This document shows positions 50,510 through 63,752 of a stretch of 64,000 nucleotides of DNA, piece after piece. The stretch is from Octopus vulgaris (Eukaryota). The stretch spans positions 78,368,001 to 78,432,000 of the forward strand of contig OX597819.1 of the NCBI GenBank assembly GCA_951406725.2, read 5' to 3'. Numbering within the stretch: position 1 is the stretch's first letter; each line of letters starts with the position of its first letter. Made by a program: the position numbers and the translations under genes. Below the pieces are notes generated by a model. That model saw only the letters and a program-made list of their open reading frames with translations. It did not search any database and was not told the DNA's origin.

Positions 50510-50910
50510 CGGTAGTAGTAGTAGTAGTAGTAGTAGTAGCAGCAGCAGTAGTAGTAGTTGTTGTAGTAGTAGTAAAGTTGTTGTTGAATGGTGGTGGTGG
50601 TAGTGGTGGTGGTGGTGGTAATAGGGCTATTATTGTAGTTATAGTGGTGGTGGTAGCGTTGTAGTGTCGTCGTTATGGTGATGATAATGATGGTAGTAAT
50701 GGTGGTGTAGTTGATGATGATGATGATGATGATGGTTTTGATAATCGTGATAATGATAGCGTTGGTGGTGATGTGGATGATGATGATGAGGAGGAGGAGG
50801 AGGACGAGGGAAAGAAGTGGATGTAGAGGAATGTAGTGGTGGTGGTGGTGGTGGTAGTGACAGTTGGGGGGGATGCCCTATAACTTTTGTCTCCATGGTG
50901 ATGATGGTGG
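50510..50910. repeat. Compound trinucleotide repeats (GTA, GTG, GAT, GAG)
   Basis: Visible directly. Confidence 0.9.
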
Positions 50911-51419
50911 TACACTCAGCAAATGGGATACATTGATATTCGTACCATTGTTAAGGACAGAATCATTACAGCGTCGGACAAAATACCTTACGTTATTTGT
51001 CCCGGCTCTTTAAGTCCTGGTTTCAAATCCCGCCGAGGTTACCATTGTCTTTCATCCGTTCGGGATCGACAAATAAATTACTAATCATGTACTGCCACCA
51101 CAGGTCTAGTCCTAGTTGCGGTGTGGTGTTTTTTGTTTTCGTGCCTCTTTGAATTAAGACCTCATTGGCTGAGTACCTTAACTCAGCCCTAAAGCAGAAC
51201 AGGAGTAATACAAACATACAAATGACAAAGCCGGACCTTTGAATTTCAAACAGAAATCCATCCAATAGGTTTCCATACAGTTTCCATCTACCCATGCTTG
51301 TAAATAGAGCAAAGGGTAGATGCCACACCAATATGGAGAATCTTTTCCCAGAGATAATGTGTTTGTGCACGGCAAATACCTTTACAAAAAAAAAGAAAAA
51401 AAAAAAAGAAAGCTAAGTT

Positions 51420-51782
51420 ATAGGAGTGGCAGTGTGGTAAGTAGTTTGCTTACCAACCACATGGTTCCGGGTTCAGTCCCACTGCGTGGAACCTTGGGCA
51501 ATTGTCTTCTACTATAGCCTCGAGCCGACCAAAACTTTGTGAGTGGATTTGGTAAGCGGAAACTGAAAGAAACCCGTCGTATATATGCTTATATGTATGT
51601 ATGTTTGTGTATATGTTTGTGTCTGTGTTTGTCCCCCCAACATCGCTTGACAACCGATGCTGGTGTGTTTACGTCCCCGTAAGTTAGAGGTTCGGCAAAA
51701 GAGACCGATAGAATAAGTACTAGGCTTACAAAGAATAAGTCCTGGGGTCGATTTGCTCGACTTAAGGCGGTGCTCCAGCATG
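51420..51782 (+). mobile_element. SINE family A, near full length
   Basis: Head, linker and 3' module. Confidence 0.9.
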
Positions 51783-51895
51783 GATCGATCTTAGATGTCA
51801 GGATTACAAAGTGAACCTCTTAATCGTTTCGACCATGTTGAATAACAACATAGACAGTTATATAGAAAGTAAGCGAAAGAGAGAAAACATAAATA

Positions 51896-52876
51896 TCGTA
51901 TTACTTCTGTATAAGTCGCACTATTTCATACTTGAATTTTAACTGGGAAAAAAACAAGCAAAAAACAACGTGAGTGCGACTTATACGCAGGACAAGGCTA
52001 AACGTATGAGGGGGAAACGTTGCACTGAGATTTAACAGTTGGTGCAGTCTTGGCTGTCTGGTAAGAAGTTAGCTTCTTTAGCATATGGTTCCGGGTTCAG
52101 TTCCACTGCGTGCCACCATAGGCAAGTACCTTCTACTATAGCTTTGGGTCCACCAAACCCTTCTCTTTTACTCTTTTCTTTGTTTCAGTCATTTGACTGC
52201 GGCCATGCTGGAGCACCGCCTTTAGTCGAGCAAATCGACCCCGGGACTTATTCTTTGTAAGCCCAGTGCTTATTCTATCGGTCTCTTTTGCCGAACCGCT
52301 AAGTGACGGGGACGTAAACAAACCAGCATCGGTTGTCAAGCAATGCTAGGGGGACAAACACAGACACACAAACACACATACATATACATATATATACGAC
52401 AGGCTTCTTTCAGTTTCCGTCTACCAAATCCACTCACAAGGCATTGGTCGGCCCGGGGCTATAGCAGAAGACACTTGCCCAAGATGCCACGCAGTGGAAC
52501 TGAACCCGGAACCATGTGGTTGGTTAGCAAGCTACTTACCACACAGCCACTCCTTCTGAGTACATTTGGTAGACAGAAACTGAAAGAAGCCCGTCGTATA
52601 TATATGTGTTTATATATCTGTGTGTGTGTCTTTGTGTCTGTGTTTATCCCTCCACTACCGCTTGACAATCGGTGTTGGTGTGTTTACGTCGCAGTAACTT
52701 AGCGATTCGGCAAAAGAAAACGACAGAATAAGTACCAGACTTAAGAAAAAAATAAGATTCTGGAGTCGATTCGTTCGATTAAAAATTCAAGGCGGTGCCC
52801 CTAGCATAGCCGCAGTAAAATGACCGAAACATAAAAAAAAAAAATATGGGTGCGACTTATACGCCAGTAAATATCG
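51896..52876. mobile_element. Decayed Tc2-like MITE containing nested SINE A copies (a + copy interrupted by a - copy at about 52170-52555)
   Basis: Ends CGTATTACTTCTGTATAAGTCGCAC and GTGCGACTTATACGCCAGTAAATATCG with TA flanks. Confidence 0.65.
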
Positions 52877-53162
52877 TATATTGTAGAGATATCTTACGTT
52901 TGTGGTAGAAGATAGCAAACGACCTCAAGCGATATCAAATATCAGTATATAAGCTGGATTTTATGTTATTAGGTACGGCAGAGGGAAAAGGGAGAGAATA
53001 GGGGAGAGAGATAACGACAGATATAATTAGAGAGAGAGAGAGAGAGAAAGAGAGAGGGTAATAAATATAGGGTCTAATTAAAAAAACACGAAAAAACTGT
53101 GAAGCGGGGGAAACGGCAAGAGGAAAGAGTAAAGCTGACGAAATGGATGGAGACTGAAGAAC

Positions 53163-53221
<59 letters not shown>

Positions 53222-53764
53222 AGGGAGAAAGAGAGAGAGATGGAAGGAAGGGAGAGAGAGAGATGGAAGGAAGGGAGAGAGAGAAAAAAAACGGAAGATG
53301 AGTGCAAAAGGTAAAATGAGGGAAAGCGAAGAAAGACGGCTGAAAAGGAAAATGAGAGGAAGGGGGAGTAACAAAAGAGGAAGAGAGAAATAGAGATAGA
53401 GAGAGAGAGAGAGAGAGAGATAGAGAGGGGAGAGGGAGAACGCAAGAGGTTAAAAATGAATAATGAATTGCAAAAAGGTTGATAGATGAGAGGGGAAAGA
53501 GAAAGAATAAGCAAAAGAGACAGAGAAAGAAGGAGAGGGAGACAGAGGGGAGGGAACGGGAGAGAGATGAAAGAAGAGGAAAAAGACAAGAAAAATAGGG
53601 ATAAGTCGACAGAGAGAGAAAAGAGAAAGAGGGATTGATTGACCTGGCGAAATAAAAATGAAATATTATGGTTTGTCAAAAGAACATACCCACACCACAT
53701 CTCTTGACTTTCCAGCTATTCCGACAGAATAAATCTAAGTTGAAAACACTAACACCACCGCCAC

Positions 53765-53798
<34 letters not shown>

Positions 53799-54317
53799 GG
53801 TGTTATTTAAACAATTTAACACAATGCACACAGGAAATTTTTCGGTCGAGCATTAAAAAAAAAGTTAACCCCACACCAGTTCCTTCCACCACAAACAACG
53901 ATCATAATAATCATCATAATCATGATGGCGATCACCACCACCACAACCACAACAACAATCACCAACAACAATGCTGCTTCTCCATCGACACCGTCACCAG
54001 GAATCTCAATCCACAAGAGCCTTGTCCCCCGGCAACCACCTTCTCTCTCTCTCTCTCTCTCTCCCTCTTTCTCTCAGTCTCTCTTTCTCTCTCTCCACAC
54101 ACACATGCGTATGTACATATAAACACACCATCTTTCTTTCTGGCGGATCCCCAGCTCTTCGCGGTATTAACTAGATTTAATAGCAAATGATGTCATTTTT
54201 CTTCCTTCTTTCCCAAAAGATTGAAATACATCATAGGAAAAGAAATAGAGGAGTTTTAGGAAATGTCGTTTATCATTTGAAATCTGACACAGTAAAAAAA
54301 AGGAGAGGAAAGTTATT

Positions 54318-54348
<31 letters not shown>

Positions 54349-55959
54349 GGGGAAGAACTGAGAGAGAAAGAGAAAGGAAACAAGTTTAAAAAATAATAAT
54401 TGAAGAGAGAAAAGCGAAGATAAAATAAATCAATCAAATGAAAATAAAATACGTACAAGATATAAAAAAAAAAAGCAAAACAAAGACAACGGCAACAACA
54501 ATTACAACAGCAGTTACAATATCACTGAAGAAATAAATAAATATAAGGTTGTACAACAAATCAGGGAAGGAAGGAAAGATGGCGGTTAGAAGAAGCAAAA
54601 GGAGAGAGAAACAGACGACCAAACAATAACAAAGCAGACGACCACGATAAATAAGTAAATGATGTAAAAGCGGATGGGGAAAAATAATAAAATAGAAGGA
54701 GGAAAACGAAGCAAAGCAAATTGTAAAAGATAGGATGATAGGGTTAGAGTGAAAATAAAGGGAAACGACGACGAGAAGGGAAAATAAAATAAAATAAAAT
54801 AAAATAAAATGATGGCGGTAAAAGTTGTTCAAGCGAAAGACCGAGAGAGAGAGAGAGAGAGAGAGAGATTAGATATACAGAAAGAGAGAGTGAGAATGAA
54901 TGAGGGTGGGAATGACTGACTGACTATTGGAGTAAAATTTGATACAATATGTTGCCTGCTTGTTTTGTCAATAAATTTACTATTCAATTGTTTTCGTCTT
55001 TGTTCTTGTTTTATTTTTATTGAGTGAGAGTGGGGTAATAAAGATAGGGAGGGAATGAAGAATAGCTCCGCAAATACACACACACACATATATACAATAC
55101 ATACATACATAATCTTATACATATACATATTTGTACACACATACACATACATAATCTTATACATATACATATTTGTACACACACACACACACACATATAC
55201 ATACCTATACAAATATACATGTATATATATATATATGTATGCGCGAGTGTGTTTTGTGTGTATACATACACATGCGTATGTATATATGTATAAATATGCA
55301 TATATCTGCAGACTTACATATGCATATATATCAATATATGCAAAGATCTATCTATCTATCTATCCATCTGTCTGTCTGCCTATCTGCGTGCGTACGTGCG
55401 TGCGTGTGTGTTTTGACACACGGACTATAGAAAGCACTTTTAATTCCGACTAAACCAAATATTTATCCTCTGGGAGTGCTCAACGAGACTAATATGTAGT
55501 TTAGTACGGGCTTCAGTAGCATCACACGATGCAAATGAAATAAACCGAAAGGCTGAACTTAGAATAATACCACTTAAAGTAAATATAGATAAGTTTACCT
55601 AAGATTGATATATATTTAGTGAGATCATGAAAAAGCGATAGCTTTAATTTTTGCGTCAACAGACATTCTTTTCCATTATATGAGAGAGAGAGATGGAGAA
55701 TGATGGAAAAGAGAAAGGGAGAGAGAATAGAGGGGGAGAGAGAGGACGATGGGAAAGAGAGAGAGGGAGAGAATGAGAGAGAGAGAGAGAGAGACAGAGA
55801 GAGAGAGACAGAGGACGGTGGGAGAGAGAGAGAGAGATGCGGTAAGCAAGCAGAGGCAGCTATTCTGTTCCGATTCCAAGTTTTAGCTCGCTTGCAAGAA
55901 TAAAAAAAAAAGAAAACAACAAAAATCCAGAAGTTATAGCCAAACCGATTTCGGTTGTT

Positions 55960-57950
55960 GAACTACGGCCATGTTTAGGCACCGCCATGAGAGGTTTTAG
56001 CCAAACGGCTAAGTTACGATGACGTAAACAAACAAACGTCGGCTGTCAATTGGTGGTGAGGGATAAACATACACACACACACACATGCAGGAGCAGGCGT
56101 GGCTCTGTGGTAAGAAGCTTGCTTCCAAACCACATGGTTCCGGGTTCAGTCACACTGCGTGATACCTTGAGTAAGTGTCTTCTACTATAGCCCCGATTCA
56201 ACCAAAGGCTTGCGGGTGGATTTGGTAGACGGAAACTAAAAGAAGCCCGGGCTAAAAGAAGGTATTGGTTGGCCTGGGGGGCTTTAGCAGAAGAAGACAC
56301 TCACCCAAGGTCCCGCACAGTGGAACTGAACCCGGAACCAAGTGATTGCAAACTAACCTTATCAATCACACACCTGTATTTGCGCCTTTGGTGTCTTACC
56401 GTTCAAACCAGCACCTTTACCTTCAGTATATGTTGCATTTATTTATCAGGTATATCGCAGTTTGCTTAGTAATCAGTCTGTTTTCAAGTATTGTTTAGCA
56501 TAAATGAAATAACTACACTTCGATTTATTAATTATGACGATTATTTAATCTCAAGGGTTATGCATAATTATAAACTAACGGTTCATATTAAATATAAAAG
56601 GCACAATATATCATAACCGCTAATTATAAGAATGACAAGAGGAATATATATTCTTTTACTTGTTTCAGTCATTTGACTGCGGCCATGCTAGACCACCGCC
56701 TTTAGTCGAACAAATCGACCCTAGGACTTATTCTTTGTAAGCCTAGTACATATTCTATCAGTATCTTTGACCGAAACTCTAAGCTACGGGGACGTAAACA
56801 CACCAGCACTGGTTGTCAAGCGATGGTGAGGGGGACAAACACAGACACACAAGCATATACACACATATGTAATATATATATATTGATAAAAATGGTAAGA
56901 TAACTTTCAGTTTACGTCTACCAAATCCACTCACAAGGCTTTGGTCTGCCCAAAGCTATAGAAGACACTTGCCCAAGGTGCCACGCAGTGAGGCTGAACT
57001 CGGAATCATGTTTTTGGTAAGGAAGCTAGTTACCACACACATTAATAATAATATTATATAAGCTTTAAACTTATAGAATAATATTACTTACAGAATATAC
57101 ATACATACATACATACATGCATACATACATACGTGTGTGTGTGTACGTCAGCTGTGTGTGTGTGTTTTTTCAACGGACGAAATGCCAAGAAGACGGTGGA
57201 ATACCACAATTAAAGATGGTGCTGCGGTGTACGGATGGGCAAGAGGTGGGGTAATATTAAAAGTAAACCTTAAACCCAGTGAATTGGAATTTAAGGTAGC
57301 CGGGGATTAGGCGTTCTGGTCAGGACACGGTATCTCGTTAAAAAGTTGGCTTAACTTTAATCCTTTTATCTTTTACTTTTTGCGTGTGTCAGTCATTAAA
57401 CTGCGGCCATGCTGGGGTACTGCCTTGAAGAGTTTTGTCGAACATAGCGACTCTAGTGTTTAGTTATAACTTTATATTTATTATCCCATGCCCCTCTCTA
57501 ATTATCCCTGTCATTACCCCCTCCCTCCACGCCATTCTCGTTCTCTCTCTCTCCCTCACAGTTTCGTACTTATTCTATCATCCTTTTTGTACGAACCGCT
57601 AGGTTACGGGAAAATAAACAAGCTGACACCATTGTCAAATGGTATGTAGAGACACACACCGAGATAAGCACAAACACATATTGGTGCTAGAAAGGGCATC
57701 CAGCCGTAAAATCCATGCCAAAGTACACAATATAGCTTGTCGCATTCTTCTGACTTGCCAGCTTCTGTCTGTTAAACCACCCAAACCCATGCCAACATGG
57801 AAAATGGACGTTAAATGAGGATGATTATAAGACGGCCTTCAAAACAGTTTTCCTCTATAAAATTCACTCAATCGATCCGAGTTTTTAGTAGAAGACACTT
57901 GCCAAGGTGCTGCGGTTTGGGACTGAACCGGAAACTACGAGGTCGGGACA
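55960..57950. mobile_element. Cluster of SINE A copies and fragments (about 55960-56390, 56650-57040, 57370-57950)
   Basis: Family A motifs on both strands. Confidence 0.75.
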
Positions 57951-58157
57951 CAACCCCATGATTTAGTCTGAGAACGAAGAAAAGGATTTACGGACCCTTT
58001 ACAAATTGGTGAAGTTGTTGTTTTTGCTACTGTATAGCCCTATGTCACTTCTGAGCGGGCGGAATTGTAGTGGCAGTAACAACTATGCGTGACTAGTATA
58101 TTTGTTGTTCGAGATATTTCATGACTGAGTGACGGCCATACTATATACTCTTAAATA

Positions 58158-58316
58158 GGAGGTGGTATCAAAAATTTCCCGGACAAGTTATGTTTAATAA
58201 AAAAAATTACTTCCCACTGCGTGGCACTTTGGGCAAGTGTCTTCTACTATAGCCTCGGGTCTACCAAAGCCTTGTGAGTGGATTTGGTAGACGGAAACTG
58301 AAAGAAACCCGTCGTA

Positions 58317-58414
<98 letters not shown>

Positions 58415-59193
58415 TGTATGTGTGCGTGTATGTTTGTGTCTGTGTTTGTCCCCCCCAACATGGCTTGACAACCGATGCTGGTGTGTTTACGTCTCCGTAA
58501 CTTAGCGGTTCGGCAAAAGTTACCGATAGAATAAGTACTAGGCTTACAAAGTCCTGGGGTCGATTTGTTCGACTAAAGGCGGTGCTCCAGCATGGCTGCA
58601 GTCAATGACTGAAACAAGTAATAGAGTATTTACCGAAGTTTTAACATCATCTCCTTCGAAATAGTCACTTTCCACAGCAATATACTAGTCCCAGCGTTCC
58701 TGGCACTTTTGTAATTTGGCCTGGTAGTCATTTTTTCCGTATGTGATTCGAGGATCTTCTACGAATCGTTCTGAATCTCGACAATGGTGTTATAACGGCA
58801 ACCTTTGAGCTACATTTTCATCTTCGGGTACAGATAGAAATTCGCAGGTACTAAATCTGAAGCACCAATGCCACTCGAAACATTGCGTACGACCCAGTGG
58901 CCCGTCGCTGCAAGCTTGCCGAAGCATGCTCAATGTCTCTGTAGCAGACTTCCCAAGTTTAACGCAAAATTTCACGTTGGCTCTTTGCTCCTGTCCATGA
59001 CAAAATCGCAGACTACAACATACACGTGGTCACAAAAACAGACATTTCGCAACTTGCGAAGTAAACGCAGTAATGTCCGCTCAGCACACTGCCTCATGAA
59101 GGTGACTGCAAGCTCTCACTGCGCACGCATCCATGTGTTGCCTTCTGTTAGCGCGTCACAGAACTAGTCCGGGAACCTTTTGATACGATCGCG
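58158..59193 (-). mobile_element. Internally deleted mariner element with a SINE A insertion (about 58213-58628)
   Basis: TIRs GTATCAAAA(A/G)(T/G)TTCCCGGAC with TA flanks; N-terminal EQRANVKFCVKLGKSATETLSMLRQA...QCFEWH..FR fused to C-terminal FLSVP/K...ERWD.YIAVESDYFEGD. Confidence 0.9.
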
Positions 59194-59691
59194 TATATAA
59201 ACACATACATCTCTCTCTCTCAATATATACAAACGTACACACACACACACACACAAACACACATATATATCCATTAAACACTCATAAACTATTTGTGTAT
59301 GTGTCTGAGTTATGATTGATGTATATGCGTCTATACATCTGTAATTATATTTGCACGTGTATGCAAGTATGGGTGTGTACGTTTGTACGAACGTCTGTGT
59401 GTGTATGTATGTATGTATAAATGTGCATGTGGAATGTACACGATATCACGTGTACTTTTATTGCCATTTAATTGCATCATTGCTTGGCTAGCGCCCAGTT
59501 CCAAGTTCTTTCTTTCAAGATGAAGCCAGACTTATACAGTGCAACAGAGTGCAGCAGTCATCTTGGCGCCAATACTAAAGCACCAACTCTGCATTTGGAG
59601 TGAATATTTTCACATAAGTCACTGGCAAATTCATTAAGTCAACGCATATGAAAAAAACTATTTGACACACACACACACTTGTCTATTTATA

Positions 59692-59763
<72 letters not shown>

Positions 59764-59943
59764 CGTATTTGTGTATACATATGAACATATATATATATAT
59801 CGAAATAATTATATGTAAATATATTTGTTTTCATGTATATATGTCTATATCTGTGTGTGACTGTATCTGTATATACATGTGTGTAAATATATCTATAGTT
59901 GTCTATCTAACATCTATATACATACATGCATACACGCACACAC

Positions 59944-60003
<60 letters not shown>

Positions 60004-60273
60004 CCTAACTGCCAACGGAAGTGTACCACAACTGCAGATGACAAAAGGTAAATTGTACCGGTCATCTACTCAACATTTAAGCACATTAATTGACTTTTAC
60101 CTATTTGTCCATATATATATTGGAAGGTTTGGAGATGACGTACAGGTATTTTATATTAGAAGAAATGAGGTACTCAGAAAATCGGATGGTTTATATTTAC
60201 AGATATTTATTTGTATATTACATTTTTTATACATCATATAACTTAGCGCTTTCTCCCATTCTAGTGGGGTTTT

Positions 60274-60644
60274 CATCTCATACGTCTTTGTGTGAAGAGT
60301 GCAAACATGCTTGGTATTCCTGCTTGCTTGAGGACATCTTTGTTGGGGACACGATCCTGCCATTTGATGCCAAGGATTTTCCGGAGGCAGCGCAGGTGAA
60401 AGATATTTAGACGTATGAGATGGCTTGGACATGTTAGTCGTATGGAAGATGGCAGAATCCCCAAGGACATACCCTACAGAGAGCTTGTGGGGGCACTAAG
60501 TCTGTTGGAAGACCGTTCTTACGATACATGGATGTTTGCAAAAGGGACATGAAGGCCTGCGACATCAATATTAGCAACTGGGAAGCAGATGCCAGCAACC
60601 GTGGAGATTGGCGACGTACCGTAAAAGAGGGAACACAAAGGAGT

Positions 60645-60691
<47 letters not shown>

Positions 60692-60912
60692 AATGGAAAC
60701 ACAAGAAAAGACGTCAACAAGAAACTATGACATTACAACCAGCCAGGCAAAGTCTTCGCTACATTTGCGGCACCTGTGAGAGGGAGAGTTTCTCCAGGAT
60801 AGGACTACACAGCCACAACAGGAGATGTATTAGGACATGAAATGTAAAATCCAGACAAAATTATTTTATGCGCAACTCTATTGCCTCCCGAGACAAAAGG
60901 ATGCCAACAACT
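60274..60912 (+). mobile_element. 5'-truncated, 5'-inverted RTE-clade LINE
   Basis: Minus 60413-60274 RLNIFHLRCLRKILGIKWQDRVPNKDVLKQAGIPSMFALFTQRRMR; plus from 60409 RRMRWLGHVSRMEDGRIPKDI...GRPFLRYMDVCKRDMK...C..C.R...SRIGLHSH.R.C; short CAA tail. Confidence 0.9.
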
Positions 60913-60923
60913 ATATATATATA

Positions 60924-61309
60924 CTAGCAGTATCGCCCGGCGTTGCTCGGGTTTGTAACGGAAATAACTATATAAGCATTTTTAGAGAGTTATAGCCAAA
61001 AAATAGCAAAAAAATGCATTAAAAATGGAAAACAAATGATGGTAATTTTTTTTTTTAATCGTTGACTCATCGTAGACATTTTTAGAGAGTTACTTCCCTT
61101 ATATAATAGCGAAAAAATGCATTAAAATGGAAAAAAATGATGGTAATTTTTTTTTAAATCGTAGACGCGCGCTAATACCCAGAAGGGCTCGATATGAATC
61201 ACGACTATAAGATACCCGGTTTTGGTTAAACTGCACCGCAAAATGTGGGAGTAGTTAGGAATCTAAATCGTAGGAGACAGACACACAACTTCTCTTTTAT
61301 ATATAAAGA
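60924..61309 (-). mobile_element. Non-autonomous Helitron
   Basis: 5' A|TCTTTATATATAAAAGAG; 3' hairpin CCCGAGCAACGCCGGG then CTAG|T; internal duplication of about 100 bp. Confidence 0.85.
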
Positions 61310-61574
61310 TATCTCCCCAAAATGTTGCGTTCTAGTTCCATTTTGGGGATTTATATATATATATAGCGGCGTACGTACACTTTTGCTCATATATGTAAGT
61401 TTGTGTGTGTGTGTGTGTGTGTACATGTATATATACACATAGATAAAAAGATAGATAGATAAATAGACAGACAGAAGATAGATAGATAGATAGATAGATC
61501 CCACAAACAATACTTACACGAAAGCATTTTCAGTCATTTACTACTCACAGCACTTGAAAGAAACCAGTACTGAT

Positions 61575-61910
61575 TCTTTTCTTCTCTAGGCACAAGGCCC
61601 AAAATTTTTGGGGACGGAGCCAGTCGATTAGATCGGCCCCAGTACGCAATTGGTACTTAATTTATCGACCTCGAAAGGATGAAAGGCAAAGTCGACCCCG
61701 GCGGAATTTGAACTCAGAACGTAGCGACAGACGAAAAACCGCTAAGCATTTCACTCGGCTTGCTAACGTTTCTGTCAGCTCGCCGCCACAAGGCCTGAAA
61801 AGGAAAGAGAAGTTGATTACATCGAACTTTGGGGTCGATGTAATTGACTACTTTCCTCCCCCAAAATTTCTGGCCTCGTTCCTATAGTAGAAAGGATAAT
61901 TATTATTATT
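61575..61910. mobile_element. SINE family B (minus, tail A) followed by fragments of its tail
   Basis: Family B head, core and tail motifs. Confidence 0.8.
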
Positions 61911-61955
61911 ATTTGTAAAACGGTATAATGTTTCCCATATAAATTAAAAATAAAA

Positions 61956-62312
61956 TGTTGCCTCTACTCAGCACGGATTATTTATTTCGTACTCAGGTCT
62001 AAATCTGAAAATGTAGACTGATTTTTCAATATATTAGTTTGCAGTTACTCTAACAAAAACCAGTGATATTTTAGTTAGCCAAACTCCAACGTTTGTGCTA
62101 TATCGCATGTTCGGATGGCGTGCCTTCGCCAATAACGTACCTCTACTCAACTACCGAACTCTCACTTCCGACGACTCGACCCAGCAGAACTCGACGTCTA
62201 GTCTACCGACGGTTACGGCTCGCTCTGAGCGACGCTTCTCGTCTAGCTATCACGCCCACTATTTATACGTATTGGACTAGCCTACTTATCGTCTGGGGGC
62301 GTCCACACAACA
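61956..62312 (-). mobile_element. Probable solo LTR
   Basis: TGTTG...CAACA ends, CpG-rich, minus-strand TATAAATA then AATAAA; no clear TSD. Confidence 0.4.
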
Positions 62313-62408
62313 GTCTGCAACATTATTTTGTTCCTAATATGCCCAGCTATTTTACTTGTCTGCAACCAATCTAACCACACTATTTTCTTTATCTCTCTTC
62401 CTTATTCT

Positions 62409-62436
62409 CTGACGAAGAACAAATATCCGAAACGTT
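62409..62436 (+). ncRNA. Minimal type-I hammerhead-like motif
   Basis: CTGACGA-AGAACAAATATCC-GAAACGTT; core intact, helices decayed. Confidence 0.45.
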
Positions 62437-62901
62437 AAATTTTCCCTCATCACGGCAATTGAATTATTTAAATATTCTAGAACTTAATCGTTGCTAACGC
62501 AGACAAGTACTGATACCCCAGGTTCTAGATTTTTGCTTTAATCTACACTTGAATTTAATAACACTAACCGTAATACGACCTCAGTGGTTCTGAACGGAAG
62601 ACTAACGTATCTTCTTCCGGACCCCACAGGAACATGACGATAACCTACTTCAAGAAATTCTGGTAATGGCTAAATGAGCCTTAGTAAATAAGGATTTTAT
62701 ATTGCTTTGTTACTAGACACGATGAATGAAAAGAAACGTGCCGTGGGAAGCTGAATGTAATCCATTATTTTAGTCATTGGAAATATTTATGGATAGGTTA
62801 GCAGAGCTAATTTTAATGCAAACAGTCATCAAGCGTTACTATACACACACACACACATATATATATATATATTTGTTCATCTTACCATCACGGAGCAGTA
62901 C

Positions 62902-62973
<72 letters not shown>

Positions 62974-63714
62974 AATTTTTGTACCGTCTGAAAGATCACA
63001 CACGACTGGATTCTATAAGTAGCGACCGAATGAATCATCAGCTTCGAACGAATATATTCATTCATGCATTCGTTTATTTACTCATATATACGTACATACA
63101 TATGAAAGAGAGAGCGAGAGAGATTGAATTACTTTCATAAAGAAAAAGAGTGGTCATAATTTAAATTTTCAATTACTAATTCTGGACGAAAAGGTAGGGG
63201 AGACAATTGCGACATTATAATTAATTGAAATTAAATATAGGTTTCATCGGAGAACGAAATTCGGTCCCTAGCTGTAGAATGACAACTATGGATATTTCAG
63301 TTTTATTAGACCTCATCAGCGGAGCTTTCAGAAATACTGAAGAAGATATAAGGTCTTTTGAGAATAATCACTGAGTAGTATAAAAACAAACAAAAAAATA
63401 AAGAAAAGTAAGAAAAAATGATGATTGAACGGAGGAAACGCTCAGGGACGTTTACTGCGTAAACACTTAACAGTAAAAACGTCAGCATACCCAACATACC
63501 CCAACAAACTAGCTTTCGATGTTCAAGCCGGGCAATGCGTCGTATACAATATACGTTGGTCTGCTTTCATTTCGACACCTGATGTGTCGGTTCGATGAAG
63601 GAAGTGAACTAATGTACAGACCAGATATTTGATAACTACAAACAAATCATCTGTGCAAGTTATTCAGCAAAACATTGCGGAGCTGCCAACTGTCGTTTGC
63701 AACAGAAGGGTGCA

Positions 63715-63752
<38 letters not shown>

